This document shows, piece after piece, positions 40,364 to 51,000 of a stretch of 64,000 nt of DNA. Made by a program: the position numbers and the translations under genes. This DNA comes from Candidatus Poribacteria bacterium (GTDB taxonomy: Bacteria > Poribacteria > WGA-4E > PCPOR2b). How positions within the stretch are numbered: the stretch's first letter is position 1; every line of letters begins with the position of its first letter. Where the stretch lies: positions 1,888,001 to 1,952,000 of the forward strand of contig OZ242326.1 of NCBI GenBank assembly GCA_965208325.1. The letters are read 5' to 3'. Under the pieces are notes generated by a model. That model saw nothing but the letters and a program-made list of their open reading frames with translations. It had not been told where the DNA came from and did no database searches.

Positions 40364-40393
40364 TTGACGAACGATGGTGGGGTGGGGTATAGT
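40364..40393 (+). promoter_or_regulatory. Putative internal promoter
   Basis: TTGACG-18 bp-TATAGT upstream of the AGGAGGA RBS of ORF 40427. Confidence 0.5.
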
Positions 40394-40426
40394 GAACAAA
40401 AGCAAACCACTTAGGAGGAGAACACG

Positions 40427-40966
40427 ATGGATGCACTGATTGAAGGATTTAAGGTATTCGCTCCTATTGTATTGGCAATCGTTACAGTAATCGCTTTTGT
40501 GTGGAAAGTGCCAAGCAAGAAAGACATGCAAAGGGGGGACGACGCTCTCCGAGCGATGCTGAACAATCTTTCTGATAGAATTGACGCAAATTCTCGGACA
40601 ACACATGTGGAGATTACTAAACTCAATGACAAGATGGACGCAAATTCTCGGACAACACATGTGGAAATCACGAAACTCAATGAGAAGGTTGACGCAAATT
40701 CTCGGACAACGCATGCGGAGATCGCCACACTCAATGACAAGATGGACGCCAACTTCCGCACGGTCTATGACAAGATGGACGCCAACTTTCAGACAGTCTA
40801 TGCTGATATCCGTACACTGAACGGCAAGATAGAATCTTATTCTCAGGCAACCCATGAGAGGATTGACAAGGCGACGGCGGAACTCCGCGCAGACATCAAG
40901 ACGATGAATCAGAACTACATCGATCACCTAGCTCGACACGAGGAGCAGGCACTGAAAGCACGCTAA
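40427..40966 (+). CDS. Membrane-anchored coiled-coil repeat protein
   Basis: N-terminal TM helix, three 18-aa repeats DANSRTTH(V/A)EI..LN(D/E)K, two 11-aa repeats DKMDANF.TVY and a strong RBS. Confidence 0.75.
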   Translation: MDALIEGFKVFAPIVLAIVTVIAFVWKVPSKKDMQRGDDALRAMLNNLSDRIDANSRTTHVEITKLNDKMDANSRTTHVEITKLNEKVDANSRTTHAEIATLNDKMDANFRTVYDKMDANFQTVYADIRTLNGKIESYSQATHERIDKATAELRADIKTMNQNYIDHLARHEEQALKAR

Positions 40967-40985
40967 ACTCATGGCGATTGAGTTG

Positions 40986-41305
40986 TGATGGAGACCGAAA
41001 ATGGGGATGGTTAACGCAAGCGCGACCGACAGCCTCGTCCCGCGACTGCACGTGGAAGCCATCAATCTCAAACCCGAAGCGAAACGGACGTACCTTTTGG
41101 CAGATGTTACGGAAAATCAGATTGATATTGCAGTTGCACGAATTGAATTTATGGGTGAAATTGTATGGGCACCGCGCTATGTGGAGAGGAAAACATCAAG
41201 CCGCTGCACGGCGTCACAGCGCTAGAGTCATTGGGTATCGAAATCGATCCGTTCAACCAACAACTGAAGAACCTGCCGGCGGTGCGGCTGAAGGACATCG
41301 GATGA
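40986..41305 (+). pseudogene. Degraded clan AA (retropepsin-like) aspartic protease
   Basis: VNASATDSLVP (expected DTG replaced by NAS), RTYLLAD, IEFMGEIV. After a frameshift near 41165 it reads GTALCGEENIKPLHGVTALESLGIEIDPFNQQLKNLPAVRLK. Confidence 0.7.
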
Positions 41306-41437
41306 TTCTGGCAGTAGCAACACGCTCTAATCGTGTGAAACTAACGGTTGAAAAATTCGGAGATTATTCCATTCGCGCGAGACCAAAGACTATATTTCAA
41401 ATTACCACGCCGGTGCGTGGGAAGGGACAACGGGACA

Positions 41438-42919
41438 ATGTTTGAGTATTATGACGGCTACCTTGGACGTCGCAATTCCATTCCAGTCAATCCGGACGAC
41501 CTTATACGGTTACGGCTGCAAGGACTGCGGTGGTTGCAAGTTGCCAAGCAGGTACCGCGCACTGATGGTGGAATCGGCATCTCCCATAACATCTTATCTC
41601 AGGCCAACCGCGTTCGGGAATCACACGAGTGGCGTATTGCACTTGATGACTACTGGCGACGGCACCATGGAAATGCACCACCACCGTTTGATGTGAAAAA
41701 ATTATTGAGTTATCCTTCAGCACCAAACGCAGAGACGTTTCAATTACCAGAACCTAATCCAGACTCAGAAACACAGACGAATTCTTCCAACGGAGGCTTT
41801 CAATCAGGCAAAGACGTTGAGGAAGATCTGGATAGCGGTGTAGAAGTCGAACGCGACGATCCAAAGCTAAAGATTGTGCGACCATTTAATCCAGAGAAAA
41901 TAAGAGTTCTGACTACCAATACAACCGTGGAACTGCTTGTTTCGCGGATTCGGCATGATGAGGTCGATTTGGAGCCTGAATTTCAGCGCTCATTCATATG
42001 GACAACTGAGCAACAAAGTCGATTGATAGAATCCCTGCTCCTGCGTATTCCAATCCCGGTGTTTTATGTGGCTGCGGATGATAAGGAAAACTGGTCTGTG
42101 GTTGACGGTGTCCAGCGAATGTTTACTATTTACAACTACGTTACAGACAAATTTTCCTTAGACAGACTCGAATATCTGGACCGAATTAATGGCAAAAGGT
42201 ATAGCGAACTTCCGCGACCGATGCAGCGCAGAATTGGCGAAACCGAACTTGTTGTGAACATCATTCAGCCAGGAACCCCCGAGGATGTGATGTTCAACAT
42301 TTTTCACCGGATTAACACCGGAGGCATGACGCTGAACGGACAGGAAATTCGGAACGCGTTACACCCCGGTCCGGTGCGAGACTATCTGAAACGGCTTGCT
42401 CAATCCGAGGAATTCCGCAAAGCAACGGACTATTCAATAAAAGAAATCAGAATGGCTGACCGAGAGTGCGTTTTGCGCTTTATAGCCTTCTATGTTGATT
42501 CGTGGCAGAAATATGGCGACAATGACCTCAACGGTTTTCTTAGTCGCACAATGACTAAAATCAACAATATGGATTCACGATACCATGAAATGCTCGCCGA
42601 AGAATTCAAGAAAGCAATGAACGCCGCTTATCGCATTTTTGGCAGGGAAGCGTTTCGCAAGCGATACGACCGAGAGGATACCCGCCGCCGACCGGTCAGT
42701 AAAGCGCTGTTTGATGCGTGGAGCGTCGAACTTGCGCGCCGTTCGCCTCAAGAAATTGATAAACTCGTGGACAAACGCGAGCAACTCATAGATTGCTTTA
42801 TAGAACTGATGAATTCAGACAGTGACTTTGACAGGGCAATCTCCTATTCAACCGGCACACCTCAGCGAGTGAAAAAACGATTCCACGCGATAGCACAATT
42901 GATTACGGAGGAGATTTGA
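41438..42919 (+). CDS. DUF262 (ParB/Srx-like) protein, Menshen NsnA-like
   Basis: PEFQRSFIW, SRLIESLLLRIPIP, VVDGVQR, IFHRINTGG..L..QEIRNA. Unassigned N-terminal extension; alternative start 41348. Confidence 0.88.
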   Translation: MFEYYDGYLGRRNSIPVNPDDLIRLRLQGLRWLQVAKQVPRTDGGIGISHNILSQANRVRESHEWRIALDDYWRRHHGNAPPPFDVKKLLSYPSAPNAETFQLPEPNPDSETQTNSSNGGFQSGKDVEEDLDSGVEVERDDPKLKIVRPFNPEKIRVLTTNTTVELLVSRIRHDEVDLEPEFQRSFIWTTEQQSRLIESLLLRIPIPVFYVAADDKENWSVVDGVQRMFTIYNYVTDKFSLDRLEYLDRINGKRYSELPRPMQRRIGETELVVNIIQPGTPEDVMFNIFHRINTGGMTLNGQEIRNALHPGPVRDYLKRLAQSEEFRKATDYSIKEIRMADRECVLRFIAFYVDSWQKYGDNDLNGFLSRTMTKINNMDSRYHEMLAEEFKKAMNAAYRIFGREAFRKRYDREDTRRRPVSKALFDAWSVELARRSPQEIDKLVDKREQLIDCFIELMNSDSDFDRAISYSTGTPQRVKKRFHAIAQLITEEI

Positions 42920-44055
42920 TGATAAGGAAAATCAAACTGTCGAATTTTAAGTGCTTTCGAAATCTGGATCTGGACTGCGCTCCGCTTACACTATTATGCG
43001 GTTTGAACGGCATGGGAAAAAGTACTGTTATCCAAGCGCTGCTCGTCCTTCGACAGTCGATAGAATCAGGGGACTTACTTGACGGCAGACTAGCGCTCGG
43101 CGGCGCACGCGCCGATCTCGGCACTGGACCAGACGTACTTTTTGAGGGGGCTGACATTAATAATGTTGGATTTGAAATCGAGTCTGACGGAATCAATATT
43201 CCTTGGAAACTATCGTTTCGGTATTCAAGGACGAGCAATCAATTGGCTGTTGAAAGCAGTGATTTGAATCTCTCTTCTCCCTTCGTGCCTACGGATTGGC
43301 AGCAAATCCCCCCATTCGGACATAATCTCCTGTACATTGATGCAGAACGCGTCGGTCCGAGAAAATTCCATCCACTCTCAGAAGCTGTGGCGCGTCGAGT
43401 CGACTTTGGATCAGGATGTCAATACGCCTTAAACTACCTAAGTCTAAACCGAAATATGAAGTTGCTTGAAGGCGATCCGCGTTGCGTCAACTTGCCGGAG
43501 CATCGCGAACACAGTCTAATGGCTGTCGTCAATCACTGGTTGCAAGGAGTTACCCCTGGTGTTCGCGTTAATCTTGATACTGTCCCCACCGCGGATGCCC
43601 TTATCGCCGAATACTCTTTCGATCGTCCGGGAGACGTACCTACTAAGCGTTTTCGGGCGACAAACGTCGGATTTGGTTTGTCGTATACGCTTCCGGTAAT
43701 ACTTGCGCTGCTATCTGAACCGGGCACATTGTGTTTGATAGAAAATCCAGAAGCGCACCTTCACCCGCGCGGGCAGACGAAGTTGGCGGAACTCGCGGTG
43801 CGCGCATCGTTAGCTGACGTGCAGGTGATTGTGGAAACTCACAGTGACCACTTCATGGATGGGGTGCGTATCGCTGTGCGGGACGGGTTAATCTCTCCCG
43901 ATAAAGCGGCCATCCATTACTTTGAACGCCCCGAAGGCGAGACGGTTGTGACTTCACCGCAAATTGATGAGGACGGACGGCTGTCAACATGGCCTGCCGG
44001 CTTCTTTGACCAACACGAAGAAAACTTGGAGAAACTGCTTGCCCCCAAAAACTAA
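42919..44055 (+). CDS. ABC ATPase with DUF3696, Menshen NsnB-like
   Basis: NFKCF, Walker A GLNGMGKS, NVGFGLSY, IENPEAHLHPRGQ, VETHSDH and DGRLSTWPAGFFDQ. TGATG coupling to the upstream gene. Confidence 0.9.
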   Translation: MIRKIKLSNFKCFRNLDLDCAPLTLLCGLNGMGKSTVIQALLVLRQSIESGDLLDGRLALGGARADLGTGPDVLFEGADINNVGFEIESDGINIPWKLSFRYSRTSNQLAVESSDLNLSSPFVPTDWQQIPPFGHNLLYIDAERVGPRKFHPLSEAVARRVDFGSGCQYALNYLSLNRNMKLLEGDPRCVNLPEHREHSLMAVVNHWLQGVTPGVRVNLDTVPTADALIAEYSFDRPGDVPTKRFRATNVGFGLSYTLPVILALLSEPGTLCLIENPEAHLHPRGQTKLAELAVRASLADVQVIVETHSDHFMDGVRIAVRDGLISPDKAAIHYFERPEGETVVTSPQIDEDGRLSTWPAGFFDQHEENLEKLLAPKN

Positions 44056-44056
44056 T

Positions 44057-44974
44057 ATGCGAGAGATGGTACTGAATCACGCGAGCCTTACAGCGCCCGA
44101 TTACGACACCGCGCTTTGCTGGCTGAAGGACGTCGCTATCGGGATGATTCAGCTCCGGAGCATCGCTGATCCAAGTCTGAGGATGATTCATGCTGTGCAT
44201 GAAATCGTGATACTTCCCAAGCTTTCGCTTTTCGATGCATTCAAATCATTAAGGAGTATCGGCGCACGGGAGGAGTCGGCGTTTCTCATGCGTCAAAGTT
44301 CAAAATACCCGCTTCTGAGCGACGTCGAGTCGAATGTAAGGGCTCGCTTCTTAGCGTGTGAAGGCAGACAACTTCCAGCGGAAGACTGTGAACCGCTCAT
44401 CTTATGTGCAATTGCGAATTGGATTGCCGTCGGTTTTCCGTCAGACTCTAGGTGGGATAGTGACCAACTCACAGTCAGGTTCAACGAGTTGCTTGCTGAC
44501 GAGAGAATTGAAGAAGCAGGCGAGAGGATAGATAACCTCGCTAGATCAACTCACTCCAACTCAATACGCGAGCGTCATCGTGCGGCATTCCTTGAGCATC
44601 AAACCCCTTCGGCAGTATGGGAACAAAGGGACGAGGTGTTTCCAAATCTAGTTTTTGGTCGAGATGTTAAACCACCGCCACAATTTCTCGGAAGCGCTAT
44701 GAGAAGGCTCGCCGAGCTTGACAATTCGGCGGCCGAATGGCGGGTTGTTGGAGGGACCGCACCTTGCTGGGCATGCAAAGTCACTCCCGAAAGCCAGAGC
44801 GTTAGAAACAACCCGGCGTTATTAAACGCGCGCCGATTTAGGTCAAGACACGGGACACGGGAATTGTATGAATTGCACGCCCGGATAGGTAGTGGATTCC
44901 GTATTCACCTTCGTTTCGACGCCAAAACACGAGAAGTCGAGATTGGATATATGGGGCCTCATTTGCCACTATGA
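44057..44974 (+). CDS. Putative effector with C-terminal RelE-like ribonuclease fold, Menshen NsnC-like
   Basis: C-terminal TPES..V...R.F......YELHARIGSGFRIHLRFD....VEIGYMGPHL. Third gene of the DUF262/DUF3696 operon. Confidence 0.6.
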   Translation: MREMVLNHASLTAPDYDTALCWLKDVAIGMIQLRSIADPSLRMIHAVHEIVILPKLSLFDAFKSLRSIGAREESAFLMRQSSKYPLLSDVESNVRARFLACEGRQLPAEDCEPLILCAIANWIAVGFPSDSRWDSDQLTVRFNELLADERIEEAGERIDNLARSTHSNSIRERHRAAFLEHQTPSAVWEQRDEVFPNLVFGRDVKPPPQFLGSAMRRLAELDNSAAEWRVVGGTAPCWACKVTPESQSVRNNPALLNARRFRSRHGTRELYELHARIGSGFRIHLRFDAKTREVEIGYMGPHLPL

Positions 44975-44981
44975 ATACCTT

Positions 44982-45035
44982 GAGGTCGATACACTCAATC
45001 AGCAACTGAAGAAGTTGCCATTCGTAAGGTTGAAG
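44982..45035 (+). pseudogene. Second remnant of the aspartic protease C-terminus
   Basis: EVDTLNQQLKKLPFVRLK versus EIDPFNQQLKNLPAVRLK at 41240-41293 (13/18 identical). Confidence 0.6.
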
Positions 45036-45110
45036 AAACTGCGGACGAGACGGGAAAAGAAAAAGACAAATTAATGCGATATAACTAGAGTTCGATAAAA
45101 GGGAACTTTA

Positions 45111-46457
45111 TTGAAAAAAGTAATGGCTCAAGCACGCGATCACATCTTTATTAGCTATGCGACCGAACAGTGGGCGCTATGCAATTGGCTTGCTCGCCGG
45201 CTTGCTGCGAACGGGTACGCTATCTGGTGCGATCGTCAAAAATTGCTCGGGGGTGAAAACTGGCCCAACGACATTAATGTAGCGATTAATGAGCGAACAT
45301 TCCGCATGCTTGCCCTTTTATCGCGAGAATCAATTAATAAACAGAATCCGCAGGGCGAATGGCTGAAAGGATTCGCCATTGGCAAAAAACTGGGCATTGA
45401 CGACTTTGTTATTCCGTTGAACACCGATGGACTCCGGCCAGACGAAATCCCATGGAATCTTCAACCCATAAACTACATCTCCTTCTCACCAAATTGGGCG
45501 GAAGGGCTCGCCGCGCTTTTGAAAAAACTCGAAACAATTGACGCTCCACGCGTACTTACCGGCGGACCGCGAATTGCCATAGACTCCATCGTTACTACCA
45601 ATGCTGTCCAGACGGAGCCTGAAGTCTTGCTAAGTAACTGCTTTGAGATCATCCACGCACCGCGCTTCGTATTCAAATACAAACTGCTTTCTGGTCGACT
45701 CTCGATAGATGAACGACGCGCGTTGCGGAAAGACTGGGCATGTCGCGATGTATCGCCGACTCGTGTGTTCGCTTTTCATGATCCACCCGTGTCCGTGATG
45801 AAGCGCTATGGTTTTCGTCGTATTTTGCAGGAATCTTGGGTGGATAAAGATAAGATCGATGGTTTCGACACTCGGGACCTCGTAGTTAGCCTCATACATA
45901 AATGTATAAATCGTTTATTTAAGGAGAGAGGACTAAATTATTGCAATGATAGGAAGCAATGGTATCTACCGTGTGGACTTCTGGACAATGACCGTGTAAA
46001 ATACTCACTTCCGTCTGGCAAGCAGAGTTGGTGCAGTGGCGTCGGTGAACGCACTTACTTCGGAGCAAGTGGTAAAGAGATTTACCGATACCACCTGAGT
46101 CCATCATTTACGGTACTGCGCGATCAAATTAATCCATTCGTGCTATTGCTTAAAAATCGGGTTTATCTCACCGATGTGAAGGGCATCCCGCTTGATGAAC
46201 AAAAGATTGTATCACGGCGCAAACATCTTTGTAAGGGTTGGTTCAATCGTGAGTGGTGCGTGCGAACGCTCGGAATTTCCCAGCTACTCGCCGATGGGAA
46301 TGGCTTTATCCGTTTTGGCCCGGAGGGAAAACAGGAACTAATCATCAAAGCAATGCCGATTGTAATAAATGCCCCCAAAGGTATCCGCGACGACATTGTG
46401 GACGAACCCGATGAAGATTACACGACATGGTATGAGGAAGAGGACGAAAATGAGTGA
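45111..46457 (+). CDS. TIR-APAZ protein (SPARTA NADase effector)
   Basis: TIR motifs IFISYAT, WL..RL...GY.IWCD...L.GGE.W, Glu in QGEW and FVIPL..D. APAZ-like region from E.LLSN.FEI to RR..CKGWFN.EW, then an acidic tail. Alternative start 45123. Confidence 0.88.
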   Translation: MKKVMAQARDHIFISYATEQWALCNWLARRLAANGYAIWCDRQKLLGGENWPNDINVAINERTFRMLALLSRESINKQNPQGEWLKGFAIGKKLGIDDFVIPLNTDGLRPDEIPWNLQPINYISFSPNWAEGLAALLKKLETIDAPRVLTGGPRIAIDSIVTTNAVQTEPEVLLSNCFEIIHAPRFVFKYKLLSGRLSIDERRALRKDWACRDVSPTRVFAFHDPPVSVMKRYGFRRILQESWVDKDKIDGFDTRDLVVSLIHKCINRLFKERGLNYCNDRKQWYLPCGLLDNDRVKYSLPSGKQSWCSGVGERTYFGASGKEIYRYHLSPSFTVLRDQINPFVLLLKNRVYLTDVKGIPLDEQKIVSRRKHLCKGWFNREWCVRTLGISQLLADGNGFIRFGPEGKQELIIKAMPIVINAPKGIRDDIVDEPDEDYTTWYEEEDENE

Positions 46458-47970
46458 AGCATCAATGCTCGGTGAACTCAAGATTCTTGATGAACCTGCA
46501 CTAGAATTTCGGTTTGGCCAACAAGTCAGCGATCCGCGTGACGGACTATCATTGTTTGGACCATACGATGTCGATGCTATAAGCCACCCGGCTGCTGTTT
46601 CATACGGTGTTGTCGGAACAACTCGGGGCATAAATCTTTTTTCAGCTTGGTCGAAAGCTATGGTTAGCGCGTGGACGAATGCGCCGAAGGAACGCCACCG
46701 GTTGTGGCCTCCTTACCCCGGTTTTCAAGCCGCGTTCGACAGTGACTGGCGAAGCGAACCAGTTTGGGAACATGTTCTTGACCATGATACACTGGATGAT
46801 GCGGCTCATCGTTATGATCCCTACGCGCGGGTATACGCGGTCGTAGACCAGTATCTCTTGGCTTTTGAAGATTTGCGGAAGATTGATGAGAACCTAAATG
46901 TCATGATATGCGTTGTTCCGGATGAGGTATATCGAACATGTCGAGTAAAGTCGCGTGTGAAAAAATCAACTAGTGAAGTCGTTTCGATGCGAGACGTTAA
47001 ATCTCGTAAGAAAGGGCAACTTGAAATATTTTCTGAGTATGTGCAGGAAACGTACCAATTGTCGCTTGATTTTCGAAGGCAAATCAAGGCACGGACGATG
47101 GCTTACAATATGCCAATCCAGATTATCCGTGAATCTACGCTTAGGCTAAATGACGAAAACAGGTTCGGGCAACGGCAGCTGACACCCCTATCGAATCGCA
47201 TGTGGAATCTTGCGAGTGTAATTTACTACAAAGCAGGCGGCAAGCCTTGGAGGCTCGCCACCGTTAGGGACGGCGTTTGCTATGTTGGGCTTGCCTTTCG
47301 CCGAACGGACGATCAGGACGGGACCAAGACAGCAGCCTGTGCTGCTCAGATGTTCCTCGACGATGGGGACGGCATTGTATTCTTGGGCAACTATGGTCCG
47401 TGGTATTCTCCGAAAGAAAACCAGTATCATCTCACGAAGCAGGCTGCATACGAACTACTAAAGGGAGCTCTTGAGACATATGCACAACTCCACGGAAAAC
47501 ATTTGACTGAAGTTTTCCTGCACTCGCGGTCAGACATCAGCGCCGAGGAGTTCGACGGTTACCAATCCGCCGCGTCAGACGGATTGAAGGTCGTGGGAAT
47601 TCGCGTGCGTCCATGGCGTGATGGTCCGCGACTGTACCGGCTAGACAAACCATGGCCGGTGATTCGAGGCACGTTCTGGCAGCATTCCGAAACTCGGGGA
47701 TATTTGTTCGGGTCCGGGTTCAAACCACGTCTCGGAACTTACGACGGATGGGAAATCCCTACACCTCTACAGATTGATATTCAACATGGCGAAGCAGATA
47801 TCGAAGATGTAGCGCGCGACATCTTAGGTCTAACCAAACTCAATTACAATGCTTGCGGTCCCGGAGATAAGCAGCCGGTCACCGTAAAGTTTTCTGATGA
47901 AGTTGGTGAGATTCTCGTGAGTAACCCTACCATCACTGAACGGCAACCCACTTTCAAATATTACATCTAA
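46450..47970 (+). CDS. Short prokaryotic Argonaute (MID-PIWI), SPARTA
   Basis: EP.L.F..GQ...DPRDGL.LFGP, QIKAR, QIIRESTL, YYKAGGKPW, CYVGL, CAAQMFLD.GDG, LTKLNYNAC and terminal FKYYI. Overlaps the TIR-APAZ stop. Confidence 0.93.
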   Translation: MSEASMLGELKILDEPALEFRFGQQVSDPRDGLSLFGPYDVDAISHPAAVSYGVVGTTRGINLFSAWSKAMVSAWTNAPKERHRLWPPYPGFQAAFDSDWRSEPVWEHVLDHDTLDDAAHRYDPYARVYAVVDQYLLAFEDLRKIDENLNVMICVVPDEVYRTCRVKSRVKKSTSEVVSMRDVKSRKKGQLEIFSEYVQETYQLSLDFRRQIKARTMAYNMPIQIIRESTLRLNDENRFGQRQLTPLSNRMWNLASVIYYKAGGKPWRLATVRDGVCYVGLAFRRTDDQDGTKTAACAAQMFLDDGDGIVFLGNYGPWYSPKENQYHLTKQAAYELLKGALETYAQLHGKHLTEVFLHSRSDISAEEFDGYQSAASDGLKVVGIRVRPWRDGPRLYRLDKPWPVIRGTFWQHSETRGYLFGSGFKPRLGTYDGWEIPTPLQIDIQHGEADIEDVARDILGLTKLNYNACGPGDKQPVTVKFSDEVGEILVSNPTITERQPTFKYYI

Positions 47971-48001
47971 AAAACTTTACAATGCTTGTGTGACTAAATT
48001 C

Positions 48002-51000
48002 ATGACCAAAGACAAACGCCTCATAGAAGTTGCTTTTCCGTTGAAGGAGGTTTCGCTTGATTCGGTGCATGAGAAGAATGTGCGGCATGGGCATATCTCG
48101 ACACTGCACATTTGGCCCGCGCGGAGACCGCTGGCAGCCGCACGAGCGGCGCTCATCGCAACGCTGCTTCCCGATCCCGGCAACGCCGACGAACGAAAAG
48201 CCATCTTGAAACGCATGGCGGGTAAGGTTGTCGAGACGACGGAACGCAAACGCCTGAACGGATGCATCGTTGAGAAGACCAAAGAGGTGACGGAGGGCGG
48301 CATCCTCCATTGGGGCAGAGAGAACGGCGAGGCGCTCCAGTGGTTTCGTGACGAGATTCGCAGAGCCTACGGTGGACGGGCTCCCAAGGTATTGGACCCA
48401 TTCGCCGGCGGCGGTGCCATTCCGCTTGAGGCGATGCGGCTCGGCTGCGATGTCACTGCCATGGACATCAACCCGGTGGCGTGGTTTATCCTGAAGTGCA
48501 CGCTCGAATACCCTCAGAAACTCGCTGGTCAGACGCGACCGCTGCCCGATTTCGCTGTAGCTGACCGCGAATTCATGACATCCTACCTGAAAGCCAAGGG
48601 ATACAAGAGCAGTAGGCTACGGACAGCGCTTCAACGACTCGGCCACGGCGACGGCAATGAAACCCAGTTAGAACATCTCCCCCACGACGATTCGCTGCTT
48701 AAAGCCGACCTGGCGTGGCACGTCCGCGCTTGGGGCAGATGGGTGTTGGCAAAGGCGCGCGCGGAGTTGGCACCCTACTACCCTACCTACGCTGAATTTG
48801 AGCCGCTCGACCCAGACGCTGACTTTGAGCCACAGCCCCTAGAACTCTTAGCGGTTGATAAGAACGGCGTGCCTCAAATCGATCCGCTCAACGCTGAATT
48901 TGACGACGACTACCTCAACGACCCTCGTAACCCGCGTTGGATTGCCAAGCCGACGGTCGCCTACCTTTGGGCACGCACCGTAACCTGCAAAGGCTGCCGC
49001 GCCACACTGCCTCTGCTCAAAACGCGCTGGCTGTGCAAGAAGGAACGGAAGCGGATACTTTTGACGATGGGACCGAACGCTGACGAGACCGGCGTTGTTT
49101 TTGGGGTAAAGACCGATGTGCCCCAGAACGGCGGGAACAGCGCGCAGCGGCGGGAACACGACAAGCGAATCGGAGCGGGTACCATGTCTCGCACCGGCGC
49201 AACCTGCCCTCGTTCCCGCTGCAAGGCGATTATGACGATGGAAGATATCCGCCTTGAAGGACGCGCCGGACGGCTAGGTGCGGTGATGACGGCTGTCGTC
49301 GTGGAAGGGCAGAAGGGAAAAGAGTACCGCCTACCGACCAACCATGAGTGCACCGCGGCAGCGGTGACTGAAGAGCAACTTCGTTCTCATTACGCAGATG
49401 TCCCCTTCGGATTGCCGGATGAACCTTTACCGAGCAAAGATGCTCTCGGGTTTCGTATTCCACTATATGGCTTTGACACATGGCGGAAATTGTTCACAAA
49501 TCGGCAACTTGTCACTCAATCAACCCTCCCGAAAGCGATCGCTCAATCCAAGTCAGAAATTGAGACGATATATGACAATGGCGTTGCGGATGCGATAGTG
49601 GGTTTCTTGGCGTGCATCATGGACCGTCAAGCGGCCTACGGAAGCGCAGGTTGCATATGGGTTAACGGCAATGAACATATGGGGCAACAGTTTAGCCGTT
49701 TCGCCCTGCCAATTGTTTGGGACATCGCTGAAGTGTGTCCGCTGACTAACGCGTCCGGTGGCTTAGACAGCGCTTATGAGTGGGTGACAAAGGTTGTCGA
49801 CCATCTTCAAGCAGCTGTTAAAGATGCAGCAAAACCTCAACTGGAACTGAAGTCAGCAATTCAAGCACAGGATAAGCGCTATGATGTAATTATCACCGAT
49901 CCGCCTTACTATGACGCCATCCCTTATTCCGACCTGATGGATTTCTTTTATATCTGGCTTCGCCGCCTCGCACATAGTTGTTCAAACGAATTGCGGGAGG
50001 TTTTTCTGTCTCAACTAGGTCCGAAGTGGAATGTGGAAGACAATGATGGAGAGTTAATTGACGATGCAAGTCGATTTGAGGGTGATAAGTCACAGGCGAA
50101 ACAGAATTACGAAGACGGTATGGAGCGCGCGTTCAGAGCGTGTTCTGAGGCGCTTGTGCCGGACGGAAGACTTGTCATTGTTTTTGCGAGTAAGAGTCCA
50201 GAGGCTTGGGAGACGCTCGTCGCAGCTCTGATTCGAGCGGGTTTCGTGGTGGATGGTTCATGGCCCATTCAGACGGAGCGACAGGGACGATTGCGATCTG
50301 TAGGCTCCGCAGCTCTTGCCTCTTCTGTTTGGATTATCTGCAAAAAGCGACCGCGCGCTCGTCCGGGCTGGGATCACACCGTCCTCGACGAGATGCGGAG
50401 TAATATTACCCAGCAATTGCACGACTTTTGGGACGCGGGTATTCGGGGACCCGACTTCGTGTGGGCGGCGACAGGTCCCGCACTGGAAGCCTTCAGCAAA
50501 CACCCGATTGTTAAGAAGGCAACCACTCAGGGCGAACTGTTGTCAGTCTCGGAGTTCCTGCGCGAGGTGCGGCGGATGGTCGTGGATTTCGTTGTCGGTC
50601 GCGTCTTAACCCAAAACGGCGAGGCGGAAGCCACCACCGAGTTAGACGATGTGACGACGTATTACCTGCTGCATCGCAACGACTTCAAGATGGACGGCGC
50701 ACCCGTCGGCGCCTGCATTCTTTACGCCTTGTCATGCAATCTATCCGACGCGGCGCTGGTCAACCAGTACGACCTCCTGACTCAATCGGGCGCAAAAAAC
50801 GCGGATGAGGATCTTGAAGCGGAGGACGACGAGGACGCTGAAAGCGGGAGCGGCGCCAAGGTTAAACTCAAGGCGTGGCACCGGCGGGGACGGCGCAACC
50901 TCGGCCTTGAAGCACCGAGCGGGCAGCCGGTGCCGCTCATCGACCAGGTGCATAAGCTGATGCACCTCTGGCGCGCCGGCGATCAGGCCAAGGTGGACAA

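Noticed and set aside
46450..47970. Catalytically active (slicer) long Argonaute
   Set aside because: About 506 aa with no N/PAZ lobe, and the first DEDX Asp is missing. It matches the short pAgo layout.
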